Shown: in pieces, positions 19,241-27,803 of the stretch
How the letters are laid out: each line of letters opens with the position of its first letter
Numbering within the stretch: position 1 is the first letter of the stretch
Source: an uncultured Dehalococcoidia bacterium
GTDB lineage: Bacteria; Chloroflexota; Dehalococcoidia; Lucifugimonadales; Australimonadaceae
DNA length: 64,000 bases
Direction: 5' to 3'
Assembly: GCA_958295525.1 (NCBI GenBank)
Contig: OY282355.1
Coordinates: 1,487,504 to 1,551,503 of the forward strand
The notes under the pieces: model-generated
What the model saw: only the letters and a program-made list of their open reading frames with translations
Told to the model about the DNA's origin: nothing
Database searches by the model: none
Position numbers and translations under genes: made by a program

Positions 19241-19329
19241 GCTTGTTGCGCTCTTGCTCAATTCCCATTCCCTGCCGCTCAATTCCCTGCCGCAAGCCGC
19301 CCGCGAACGGGCGCGAGGTTATCGCGTAG

Positions 19330-20124
19330 ATGCCCCTTCACATCGTCGTTACGGCCAAGCAGACGCTCGACCCGGAGACGCCGCTCTCGGCCTTCCAAAT
19401 CGTGGACAACGCCGTCTCGACCGTCGGCAATATGCCGCCGGTGATCAACGGCTACGACGAGCAGGCCGTCGAGGCCGCGCTCCGCATCAAGGAGGCGAGC
19501 GGCGGCGAGGCGCGAGTCACCGTGCTCTCGTGCGGCACGGACTTCGCGCTGGACGTGATCAAGAAGCCGCTGGCGATGGGCGCGGACGAACTCGTGCTCC
19601 TGCAGGACGCGGCGTTCGACAACGCGATAGACCCCACGCTGACGGTCGCGGCGCTCGCCGCCGCCATCCGCAAACTGGGGAGCGTTGACCTCGTGATCTC
19701 CGGCAGGCAGGCGAGCGACTGGGACAACGCGCAGGTTCCGCTCGGCGTGGCCGAGGCGCTCGGCTGGCCGGTCGCCACGATTGGGCGGAAGGTGGAGATT
19801 CTCGACGGGTCGGTGCGCGTGGAGCGCGTTTTGCCGGACGGCCACGAGGTGGTCGAGGCGCCGCTTCCCGCCGTCGTCACCGTGTCGAACGAACTGGGGC
19901 AGGCGCGCTACCCGAATATGCGCGGCATTATGGCCGCCCGCCGCGTGCAGCCCACCGTGTGGAGCGCGGCCGACCTCGGCGTAGAGGCGGGGCGTCCCGC
20001 GTTCGAACTCCTCTCGCTCGCCAAGCCCGAGCGGGCCGCGCGGACGGAGATGATCGAGGGGGATTCGGAGGAAGAGGCGGGGCGCAAACTCGCGCTGCGC
20101 CTCAGAGAGGAGCGGATTCTCTGA
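19330..20124 (+). CDS. etfB: electron transfer flavoprotein subunit beta
   Basis: 264 aa. IVVTAKQTLDPE...NGYDEQAVEAALRIKE...VLSCG...GADELVLL is typical of EtfB. Confidence 0.9.
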   Translation: MPLHIVVTAKQTLDPETPLSAFQIVDNAVSTVGNMPPVINGYDEQAVEAALRIKEASGGEARVTVLSCGTDFALDVIKKPLAMGADELVLLQDAAFDNAIDPTLTVAALAAAIRKLGSVDLVISGRQASDWDNAQVPLGVAEALGWPVATIGRKVEILDGSVRVERVLPDGHEVVEAPLPAVVTVSNELGQARYPNMRGIMAARRVQPTVWSAADLGVEAGRPAFELLSLAKPERAARTEMIEGDSEEEAGRKLALRLREERIL

Positions 20125-21080
20125 TGGCGGACGCGCTGATCATCGGAGAGGCGGCGGGCGGAGCGCCCGCGTCGGCGGCGCTGGAGTGCATCGCGGCGGC
20201 GCGCTCGCTCGGCGTCGAGCGCGTGCATGCGCTGCTGACGGGCCCGGCGGCGGCAGCAGCAGCCCCGGGAGCCATCGCCGGGGGCGCGGACGCGGTCTAT
20301 ACGGCGGCGGACGCGGAGGAACTCGACGCTCAATTGGACGCGGCGCAGGCGGCGGCGGCGCAATCTGGCGCGCGCTACGTGCTCGGCGCGAAAACGCTCG
20401 CGGGGCGCGACGTGATGCCCCGGCTGGCGTTCCGGCTCGGGACGGCGCTCGCATCCGACTGCTCCTCCGTCGCGCTGGACGGCGAGGGGCGGCTCATTGC
20501 GACACGCCCCGTCTACGGCGGCGCCGCGGAGGCGGCGGTCGCCTGCCTGGGCGACCCGGCGGTCGCGTCGCTGCGCCCCAAGAGCGTTGACCCGCTGCCG
20601 CCGGACGCCTCGCGTTCGGGCGAGACGACGCCTCTGGCGTTCGAGGCGAACGTCCGGACGCGGACGCTGGAGCGCGTCGAGGAAGCCGGCGAGGGAGTCC
20701 GCATGGAGAACGCGCGGGTCGTCGTGTCGGGCGGGCGCGGGCTGGGCGGGCCGGAGCCGTTCGAGAACGAACTGCGGGAATTGGCGGATATGCTGGGCGG
20801 CGCGGTGGGCGCGTCGCGGGCGGCGTGCGACGCCGGGTGGGTTCCGGCGGGCTATCAGGTCGGCCTCACGGGCAAGACGGTGACGCCCGACCTCTACGTC
20901 GCGGTGGGCATATCGGGCGCGAGCCAGCATATGGCGGGGTGCGGGAACGCGAAGACGCTCGTGGCGATCAACAAAGACGCGGGGGCCAACATCTTCAAGG
21001 AGGCGCGGTTCGGCGTCGCCGGAGACTGGCGGAAGGTTCTGCCCGCGTTCATTGAGCAGTTGCACGAACTGATGGGGTAA
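20124..21080 (+). CDS. etfA: electron transfer flavoprotein subunit alpha
   Basis: ATG at 20124 overlaps the etfB TGA (TGATG). C-terminal FAD-binding motif GASRAACDAGWVPAGYQVGLTGKTVTPDLYVAVGISGASQHMAG. Confidence 0.9.
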   Translation: MADALIIGEAAGGAPASAALECIAAARSLGVERVHALLTGPAAAAAAPGAIAGGADAVYTAADAEELDAQLDAAQAAAAQSGARYVLGAKTLAGRDVMPRLAFRLGTALASDCSSVALDGEGRLIATRPVYGGAAEAAVACLGDPAVASLRPKSVDPLPPDASRSGETTPLAFEANVRTRTLERVEEAGEGVRMENARVVVSGGRGLGGPEPFENELRELADMLGGAVGASRAACDAGWVPAGYQVGLTGKTVTPDLYVAVGISGASQHMAGCGNAKTLVAINKDAGANIFKEARFGVAGDWRKVLPAFIEQLHELMG

Positions 21081-21141
21081 GATAGAAGGAGCGCGGGCTT
21101 ATATGGCGCGCGCCCTCCAAATGGCGAGCGGAGGCAGCGAA

Positions 21142-21588
21142 ATGGCGGACTACGACTACGACCGCGAAATGGCGGAGGCGATAGAGCACGCCGAGACGGC
21201 GGAGGTGGTCTGCGTCATTCTCCCGCAGATCAACCAGTGCCTCGTCTACGACGGGCGGAGCGCGGCGAACGACCCGCCCCGTATCTCCGTTTCGCCTCCG
21301 CTGGGGTCGGGCGAGCGCAGGCTGCGCCACGTGAACCGCGCGCGCCCGAATATGCCCAACGCCCGCGAACTCGCCGTGCTGCCTTGGGTCAACTCCATCC
21401 GCAGTTTCGAGGAGTCCGGGGTCTGGGAGATGCTGCGGGGGCGTATGCGCGCCTCCGGTTTCAAGGGGACGGAAGCGCAGTGCGGCGAGGCGATGGACGA
21501 GATGCGGCAGTGGGAGCGGCGCTCCAACGTGGCGATGATTCGCGGGCAGGGCCCCTACCACACTCTCTGGTCGCGCAACGGCTCCTAG
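21142..21588 (+). CDS. hypothetical protein
   Basis: ORF directly after etfA. The ATG at 21142 is preceded by GGAGG with 6-nt spacing. No recognisable domain. Confidence 0.35.
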   Translation: MADYDYDREMAEAIEHAETAEVVCVILPQINQCLVYDGRSAANDPPRISVSPPLGSGERRLRHVNRARPNMPNARELAVLPWVNSIRSFEESGVWEMLRGRMRASGFKGTEAQCGEAMDEMRQWERRSNVAMIRGQGPYHTLWSRNGS

Positions 21589-21654
21589 CCGGGGCGCCGG
21601 CCCGCGAATGCGGGATTTCCGCCCGCGCGCGGGCGTGAATGTGAGCGCGCCGAG

Positions 21655-21663
21655 TGGTACAAT
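21655..21663 (+). promoter_or_regulatory. extended -10 element TGgTACAAT
   Basis: TG at 21655-21656 and TACAAT at 21658-21663, about 117 nt upstream of the 21781 ORF. Confidence 0.35.
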
Positions 21664-21780
21664 GCCATTGCTCGAGGAGGCCGCTGCCGACGGTCCTAAC
21701 CGCGTGGACGGGAACCGAGCAAGCGCCGAAGCGCCTCTCTAGCGAGGCCGCCGCAAGGTCTCCTCATACAGGACACGGCT

Positions 21781-22221
21781 ATGGTGATTTCCGAAACGCC
21801 CATTGAGAGCCACGCGGTTCACCGCGACCGCTTGCTAGACCACGCGCGGCGAATGCTCCGCGACGGCGACAGGCTGCAGGCGTCCGAGAAGATCTGGGGC
21901 GCGGCGTCGCACGGACTGAAAGTCGTGGCGGACAGCCGCGACTGGCCGTACACCTTGCACGCGGACGGCAGAGTCATCGCCGCGCATCTGGGCAAATTGA
22001 CGAACAACAGGAACATTCCCCTGCTGTTCAGCCACATGGAGGGGCTGCACCGGAACTTCTACTCGGACTCGTTCTCGCTGCAAGAGATCGAAGATCGTTT
22101 GCCGTATGCCGACGAGTTCCTGCGGCTCATCGAAGCCGCCGACCTCGGCGTCGCGCCGGACGCGCCGTCGCCGGACGACCCTCAGTACCTCCGCCGCCAC
22201 CCGCGGCGAACGCAAGACTAA
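21781..22221 (+). CDS. PaREP1-like (HEPN-superfamily) protein
   Basis: ASEKIWGAASHGLKVVADSRDW....H......HLGKL.......LFSHMEGLHRNFYSDSF matches, from memory, the PaREP1 pattern (AsEKaWgAa..AvKa.a.....H........A..LH.NFYe). Confidence 0.5.
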   Translation: MVISETPIESHAVHRDRLLDHARRMLRDGDRLQASEKIWGAASHGLKVVADSRDWPYTLHADGRVIAAHLGKLTNNRNIPLLFSHMEGLHRNFYSDSFSLQEIEDRLPYADEFLRLIEAADLGVAPDAPSPDDPQYLRRHPRRTQD

Positions 22222-22304
22222 ACAAACCAACATCCGCGCGCGGCGGCGCGCTCAGGCTAGGCAATCTCACGACGCGGCGGGGCGGACCCGCCGAGGCAGG
22301 CAAA

Positions 22305-22559
22305 ATGGCGTATCAGGTCTACTTCGCAAACCTCTCCGAGGAGAACAAAGCCCTCTCGCTCGCGCTCCTCCGGCTCAAAGAGGAGGCGGGCGGCATCGAG
22401 CCCGACGAGGCGAAACTCCTCGAAGAGTTGCGCGGCTCCCCCACTCCCTGGCCGCAGGCGCCCGACGAGCCTGCGCCCCGCCACTACGGGCGCAACAACC
22501 GCAACCGCAGCCCTCGCCGCGGCCCCCAAAACGGCCGCGCGCACCGGATGGACGTGTAG
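22305..22559 (+). CDS. small hypothetical protein
   Basis: 84-aa ORF with a helical-looking N-terminal half and a basic tail. Competes with an antisense ORF. Weak call. Confidence 0.3.
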   Translation: MAYQVYFANLSEENKALSLALLRLKEEAGGIEPDEAKLLEELRGSPTPWPQAPDEPAPRHYGRNNRNRSPRRGPQNGRAHRMDV

Positions 22560-22854
22560 GAAGTCGCGGCGGCGGCGGCGCTTCCGCCAACTTCAGGCGC
22601 TCGTCCGCGTTCATCTTCACCAGTTCCGGAACGCCTGCGGCGATGACCTGCGGGCGCGCTCCGCCCTTCCGTCGTAGTTCCATCGGCAGGTCGCCGCCGG
22701 ATGATAAGGCGCGCTTACGCGCAGGCGAATCCGCTTCCTCGCGCTTAGGCGGACGCCTAAACTTTGGACGGAAACGCCAATTGCCTGCCGGATTAGGCCC
22801 GCAAGGCGCCCGTTGCGCGCCGCGTGAGGCGTCCGGCCTCGGAGGGCGCGCCTT

Positions 22855-23157
22855 ATGAAGATCACGCAAATCGCCGATTACAGCCTGCCCGCGCAAGGGG
22901 GGCTTCCGCCAACGCAGAATATGGTGTACGAGGAACTGATGCGCCGGCCCGACGAGGTGTTCGAGTATCAGGGCGAGGAACTCATCCGCACGTTCCCCCG
23001 AATGAAGCGCTCCGCGCTCAACTGGTCGCTATGGCTGCTCGCCAAGACGGGGCATATCGGCAAGTTGCGCGTGCGCGTGGACGGGCGGCTCACGACGGTC
23101 TACGGCGCCCACGAGGCGATTCTCGCCCTCAAGGAGCGCGTGGGGCTCGACAACTAG
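22855..23157 (+). CDS. small hypothetical protein, possibly winged-helix
   Basis: 100-aa ORF. ...SALNWSLWLLAKTGHIGKLRVRVDGRLTTVYG resembles a recognition helix plus wing. Shares a CTAG stop overlap with the convergent DUF971 gene. Confidence 0.4.
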   Translation: MKITQIADYSLPAQGGLPPTQNMVYEELMRRPDEVFEYQGEELIRTFPRMKRSALNWSLWLLAKTGHIGKLRVRVDGRLTTVYGAHEAILALKERVGLDN

Positions 23158-23462
23158 CCCGCGCCGCCGCCGAGTTCGCGCAGCAGTTTGTAGGGATAGA
23201 TTCCCGTCTCGTGAAGGTCGCTGAAGAGCAGGCCGACGGCGTAGCGCCCCATCTCGAGGCAATCCTCCACCGTGACGTCCGACGGAACGTCTTCCACGCC
23301 GACGCGCCGCGCGCGGGTCATCTCGTCCACGCACTGAGCGCAGCCGCAATGCCCCCGCAGGTAGCGGTGCGGCAGCAGCGACTCGACGCCGTCTTTCCAG
23401 ACGATATGCAATCCGTCCGGCGTGATGTCCAGCGATTGGGGTTCGTACTGATCTTCCGCCAT
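23154..23462 (-). CDS. DUF971 domain protein (gamma-butyrobetaine hydroxylase-like N-terminal domain)
   Basis: LHIVWKDGVESLLPHRYLRGHCGCAQC........VEDCLEMGRYAVGLLFSDLHETGIYPYKLLREL matches the DUF971 pattern. Start taken at MAEDQ (23462). Confidence 0.75.
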   Translation of the reverse strand: MAEDQYEPQSLDITPDGLHIVWKDGVESLLPHRYLRGHCGCAQCVDEMTRARRVGVEDVPSDVTVEDCLEMGRYAVGLLFSDLHETGIYPYKLLRELGGGAG

Positions 23463-23569
23463 TCCGGTTCTCTCACGATGACCGTATTTTACCATGTTGC
23501 AGCAGCGAGAATTTCCCGCCCGCGCCGCAGCGCCGCAATCCCTTCCCTACAGGTGGTAGCCTTGCGCTG

Positions 23570-24670
23570 ATGACCGACGCCCCGCTCATTCCAACCGTCC
23601 TACACGCGGAACACGTTGCGCTCGGCGCGCGCATCGTTCCGTTCGCGGGCTACACGATGCCCGTGCAGTACGCGGGAACGCTCGCCGAGGCGCGGGCCGT
23701 GCGCTCCGCCGCGGGCGTGTTCGACGTTTCGCATATGGGGCGGCTCTTCGTCGAGGGGCCGGACGCGCGCGCGCTCTTGGATTGGGTTCACACGGCCGGC
23801 GCCGCGGAGACGACGCCCTTTGGCCGCGCGCGCTACGGCCTTATCTGCAACGAGGCCGGGGGCATTATTGACGACGCGATCGTCTACCGGCTCGGCGAGG
23901 AGCGTTTTATGCTCGTCGCCAACGCCGCGAACGCCGCCCGCGTATGCGCGTGGGTGGAGTGTTGGCGCGCCGGCCGATTCCCCAACGCCGCGCTCACCGA
24001 CCGTTCGGCCGGCATTGCGATGATCGCTCTGCAGGGGCCGGACGCGATCCGCATCGCCGGGGAGGCCGCCAGATTCGACCCGGCCGCCACTCGCCCGTTC
24101 AACGTCGCGGAGGCGCATTTTATGGACGCGCCGACGCTGATCGCCCGCACCGGCTACACGGGCGAGGACGGCGTGGAACTGATGCCGCCGTCGGAACAAG
24201 CGCCGGCGCTTTGGCGCGCGCTTCTCGCGGCGGGGGCGGCGCCTTGCGGGCTCGGCGCGCGCGACACGCTGCGGCTGGAGGCGGGGCTGCTTCTCCACGG
24301 CGCGGATATGGACGAGACCGTCAATCCCATCGAGGCCGGACTGCAGCGGTTCGTCCGCCTCGACCGGGATTTCTGCGGGGCGGACGCCTTGCGACCCGCC
24401 GTCGAGCGCGGGGTCGAGCGAACGCTGACGGGCTTTCTCGCGGCGGAGCGCGGCCCGGCGCCGCGGGCGCATTACGCCATCCTCAGCGGCGGCGAGCGGG
24501 TCGGCGAGGTTACGAGCGGCGGCTACTCGCCGTCTCTCAACGCGAACATCGGGCTGGGCTACGTTCCCACGCCCCTCGCCGAGCCGGGCACGCCCCTGAC
24601 GGTGGACGTCCGAGGGCGGGAGATTTCGGTCGAGACGACGGCGCTTCCTTTTTACGTTAGGGGGAAGTAA
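23570..24670 (+). CDS. gcvT: glycine cleavage system aminomethyltransferase T
   Basis: TVLHAEHVALGARIVPFAGYTMPVQYAGTLAEARAVRSAAGVFDVSHMGR is the GcvT N-terminal signature. 366 aa. Confidence 0.92.
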   Translation: MTDAPLIPTVLHAEHVALGARIVPFAGYTMPVQYAGTLAEARAVRSAAGVFDVSHMGRLFVEGPDARALLDWVHTAGAAETTPFGRARYGLICNEAGGIIDDAIVYRLGEERFMLVANAANAARVCAWVECWRAGRFPNAALTDRSAGIAMIALQGPDAIRIAGEAARFDPAATRPFNVAEAHFMDAPTLIARTGYTGEDGVELMPPSEQAPALWRALLAAGAAPCGLGARDTLRLEAGLLLHGADMDETVNPIEAGLQRFVRLDRDFCGADALRPAVERGVERTLTGFLAAERGPAPRAHYAILSGGERVGEVTSGGYSPSLNANIGLGYVPTPLAEPGTPLTVDVRGREISVETTALPFYVRGK

Positions 24671-24694
24671 GCCGCATGCACACGGGCCAAACGC

Positions 24695-26761
24695 CTAGCG
24701 GATGACGCGGTTGCGGTTGGAGACGTAGTCGGAGACGACGTAGGAGCCGAGGCTGTGGGGGCTTGCGACGAAGGCCCGCCCTTTGTTGATCTTGGTCATC
24801 AGTTGCACGAAGCGCAGCAGCGTCGGGTTCTGATCGAGCATAAAGGTGTTGATCGTGATGTTGTCGCGCGTGCAGCGCATCACCTCGCGCATCGTCGCCT
24901 CCAAGAGTCCCCCCTCCCGCCGCCCGCGCCGCCCGTAGCCCCCGGAGCGCGAGCCGTCGGCCCAGTTGTAGGTGGTCGGCTCGCCGTCCGTGATGAGGAT
25001 GATCTGCTTGTTCGTTCCGCCCTGCCTGCCCAGGATGCGGCGGGATTGCCGGAGCGCCTCCTCGAAGTTCGTGCCCCCGCCGAACTCGACCCAGTAGGTG
25101 TCGAGCAGCATATTGGACTGCAGCGGCAGCACGAAGTAGGAGAACGCGACGACCGAGACCTGGTCTTTGGGGAACTTGGAGCGGATCAGCGTGTCGAGCG
25201 CGAGGCCGACGCGCTGGCCGGCCTGAAACGCGCCGTCCCAGAACATCGAGTACGACATATCTATGGCGATGACGGTGGAGGCGCGCGTCTGGGCGATGGT
25301 CCGGTCTATCTCGAAGTCGTCCGGCCTGATGCGGACGGGCGTCCCTTGCCCCTCGCGCATCACGGCGTTGCTCACGGTGCGGAGCGTGTTGAGGTGGAGC
25401 GGGTCGCCGAACTCCCAGCGTTTCGTCTCGTCCGTGATCTCGACGCCTATGCCGCTCTTGTCGCGGTTGTGGTCGCCGATGCCGCTGCCGCGTATGCGGT
25501 TGAAAATGTCCGTGAGGGCTTTGTCGCCGATCTTCCGCATCGCCTGCGGCGTCAGTTCCCAGCCGTGCCCGCCCTTGCGAATGAGGCCGGCGTCCTCGAG
25601 TTCCTTCGTGAGGCGCTGGAGTTCCTGCGCGTAGCGGCGCGCCTCGTCGCCAAGCGCGTCGCCAAGCGCGTCGGCGTCTATCTGCGTCGCGTCGTTGGAG
25701 CGGATGGCGCGGCGCACCTGGCCCTCCAACTCCTCCATATCGTTCAACTCGCCCATCAGCCGCAGCGCTTCCTGCAGCGTCACCGGCTCGTCGCCGAACA
25801 TTCGGAAGTCATTGTCGGGGAAAGCGCTGGGATTCAGACGCTCCAGATTCACGCCTAACTCGAACATATCCCACGCGAGGCGGTTGTCCTGCATCAGGCC
25901 GTCCATCATCTCTTCCAACTGACGGCGCATCTCCGGAGTCATCGAGTTCATCAGCGACTGCATCTGCGCCATCTGGCGGGACATATAGTCCATCAGTTGG
26001 TCGAACGTCTCGATGCCCGGCGGAAACATAGCCCCCCACTTGGCCATAAAGGGAGCGATGTCAGGGTCTTCCCCTTGCAGTTTGCGCTTCACGAGTTCGT
26101 TGAGGTCGCGCACCATCTCGGCGATCTGGGAGAGGTCGGCCTGCGTCAGATTCTGCAGGCTTTCCTGCATGCCTTGGAAGTACTGCTGCAGCAGTTGCCC
26201 CTGCAGTTCCTTCATCAGCGCGTCGAAATCCTCCCGCGCTCCGCCGTCCATAAAGTCGTAGTCGCGCAACTGCTTGATGCGGCCTCCCGCGCCCGGGGGC
26301 AGCGCGTCGAGTTGCTCGAGGCGGCGGTTCGCCATCCGGCGCAGCATATCCGCGAGGTCGTCCGGGGGCGCCTCGCCGCCCGCCGACTGCGGAGCGCCGC
26401 CGCCTTGCGGCGCGTCAGGGTCGCCGGCGGGCGGGTCGACGCTGCGGAGGCGCTCCGCGATCCCGTCGCGCTCTTTGCCGACGATCTCGTCGAGCCGCTC
26501 CTGAATGCCGTCGAACATCGAGGAGAGGTTGTAGCGGTCGAGGTTGCGCTCGCGCGCCTCGCGCAGGCGTTCGAGGAGTTCCTGCAGCCCCGCCCCGCGC
26601 TGGCCTTCGCCGCGCATCCCGTGGCGCATCATCCGGTTGAGCGCGCCGCGCAAGTCGTCGCCCTGCAGGATCTGCTCGGAGAGGCGGTCGAACAGATCGT
26701 CGGCGGAGGGGAGCGCGACGTCCTGCGACCCGTCCCATTGGGAGTAGCGGTAGATGGCCAT
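24695..26761 (-). CDS. VWA domain-containing protein (COG4867-like)
   Basis: 688 aa. N-terminus MAIYRYSQWDGSQD..., a long helical acidic middle, and a C-terminal VWA/MIDAS region (VIAIDMSYSM...GGTN...ILITDGEPT). No MoxR-type ATPase is adjacent. Confidence 0.8.
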   Translation of the reverse strand: MAIYRYSQWDGSQDVALPSADDLFDRLSEQILQGDDLRGALNRMMRHGMRGEGQRGAGLQELLERLREARERNLDRYNLSSMFDGIQERLDEIVGKERDGIAERLRSVDPPAGDPDAPQGGGAPQSAGGEAPPDDLADMLRRMANRRLEQLDALPPGAGGRIKQLRDYDFMDGGAREDFDALMKELQGQLLQQYFQGMQESLQNLTQADLSQIAEMVRDLNELVKRKLQGEDPDIAPFMAKWGAMFPPGIETFDQLMDYMSRQMAQMQSLMNSMTPEMRRQLEEMMDGLMQDNRLAWDMFELGVNLERLNPSAFPDNDFRMFGDEPVTLQEALRLMGELNDMEELEGQVRRAIRSNDATQIDADALGDALGDEARRYAQELQRLTKELEDAGLIRKGGHGWELTPQAMRKIGDKALTDIFNRIRGSGIGDHNRDKSGIGVEITDETKRWEFGDPLHLNTLRTVSNAVMREGQGTPVRIRPDDFEIDRTIAQTRASTVIAIDMSYSMFWDGAFQAGQRVGLALDTLIRSKFPKDQVSVVAFSYFVLPLQSNMLLDTYWVEFGGGTNFEEALRQSRRILGRQGGTNKQIILITDGEPTTYNWADGSRSGGYGRRGRREGGLLEATMREVMRCTRDNITINTFMLDQNPTLLRFVQLMTKINKGRAFVASPHSLGSYVVSDYVSNRNRVIR

Positions 26762-26829
26762 AGCGGGAGTGTAGGCGCGCCCAGGCCTGCGGTCAACTTT
26801 GCGCTACAAGAGGAACGAGCGCTGGGTCT

Positions 26830-26875
26830 GGGATGGGTTCCCGCCTGCGCGGGCAAGAGGGAGGTTATGCAAGGT
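26830..26875. repeat. single palindromic core with a TTATGCAAGG extension
   Basis: GGTTCCCGCCTGCGCGGGCAAGAGGGAGGTTATGCAAGG. A near-identical composite is found at 55716-55762. Confidence 0.6.
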
Positions 26876-26878
26876 TTG

Positions 26879-27787
26879 TCACAGGCTCGCCGCGTAGAGT
26901 CCGGCGGCTAGCGACAGCCCCGTCCACCCGTGGAGTTTGGCGGTTCGGACGAGCAGACGGTTCATCGCGGCGCGGTCACCGGCGGCGAAGAGCGCCCGCG
27001 ACGCGCCAACCGCCCAGGGCGCGGGGGCGAGCGCGAGCAGCGCCCACGCGCTCAGCGCGCCGAACGCGACCGCCCCCGCGACGCTGACGTAGGCCGCCGC
27101 CAGCATCCCCGCGTACAGCCAACGCGACGCCCGAACGCCCACCGCCGACGCGATGCTGCGCTTCCCCGCATCCCGATCCTCTTCTATGTCGCGCAGATTA
27201 TTGACGTGTAAAATCGCAGTGACGACGAAGGCCACGGGCAGCGCGGCGTAGAACGGCGCGGCGGCGAGCGTCTCGCGCTGCACGTAGTACGACGCCGCCA
27301 CCATCAGCAAACCCATAAACACGAACACGACCGGCTCGCCGAGCCCGAGCGTCCCCAGCGGCTTCGGCCCCCCCGCGTAGAAATACGCCGCCGCGACGCT
27401 CGCCAGCCCCGCCGCGAGGATCGGCCAGCCCGTCTGCGCGACGATGATCAGCCCCGCGGCGACGCCGTAGCCAAACGCGACCGCCATCCCCACGGCGACC
27501 GCGCGCTCCGAGAGCAGTCCGCGCTGAATGACTTTGTGGGGCGCGAGGAACTTGCCCGCGCCCCCGCCCTTCCGGTGGTCGGCGTACTCGTCGGTGAGAT
27601 TCGTTCCGATCTGAATGGCGACGGAGCCGGTGAGCGCCAGCGCGAACAGCAGCCAGTCGAGCGGGCCGTCTCCCGCCGCCAGCGCCGTCCCCACCAGCAC
27701 GGGCGCAACCGCCGCCGACAGCGAGAACGGGCGCGCCGCCCAAAACCAAGAAACGACGGGGTTTTGCGTTGCGGGGAGCGTGGTCAT
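26879..27787 (-). CDS. menA: 1,4-dihydroxy-2-naphthoate polyprenyltransferase (UbiA family)
   Basis: WFWAARPFSLSAAVAPVLVGTALA...GTNLTDEYADHRKG and a polytopic 302-aa profile are typical of MenA. Confidence 0.8.
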   Translation of the reverse strand: MTTLPATQNPVVSWFWAARPFSLSAAVAPVLVGTALAAGDGPLDWLLFALALTGSVAIQIGTNLTDEYADHRKGGGAGKFLAPHKVIQRGLLSERAVAVGMAVAFGYGVAAGLIIVAQTGWPILAAGLASVAAAYFYAGGPKPLGTLGLGEPVVFVFMGLLMVAASYYVQRETLAAAPFYAALPVAFVVTAILHVNNLRDIEEDRDAGKRSIASAVGVRASRWLYAGMLAAAYVSVAGAVAFGALSAWALLALAPAPWAVGASRALFAAGDRAAMNRLLVRTAKLHGWTGLSLAAGLYAASL

Positions 27788-27803
27788 AGGCGAAATCGGC
27801 CAA

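Noticed and set aside
18287-19444. Long ORFs across the repeat arrays (for example 18287..19000 minus, 18747..19295 minus, 18812..19444 plus; likewise 36881..37685 minus and 44530..45900 minus)
   Set aside because: Their sequences are periodic translations of the palindromic repeats (SFPRRRES, IPAYAGMT and RHSRVGGN recurring in several frames and on both strands). They are extremely Arg/Pro/Gly-rich with no start-site support. They are artefacts of GC-rich repeats.
22375-22896. 173-aa minus-strand ORF in the 22.4-22.9 kb gap
   Set aside because: It is Arg/Pro/Gly-rich and overlaps the more protein-like plus-strand ORF 22305..22559. It has no start context. A short real gene within it (around MELRRKGG...) cannot be excluded but is unsupported.
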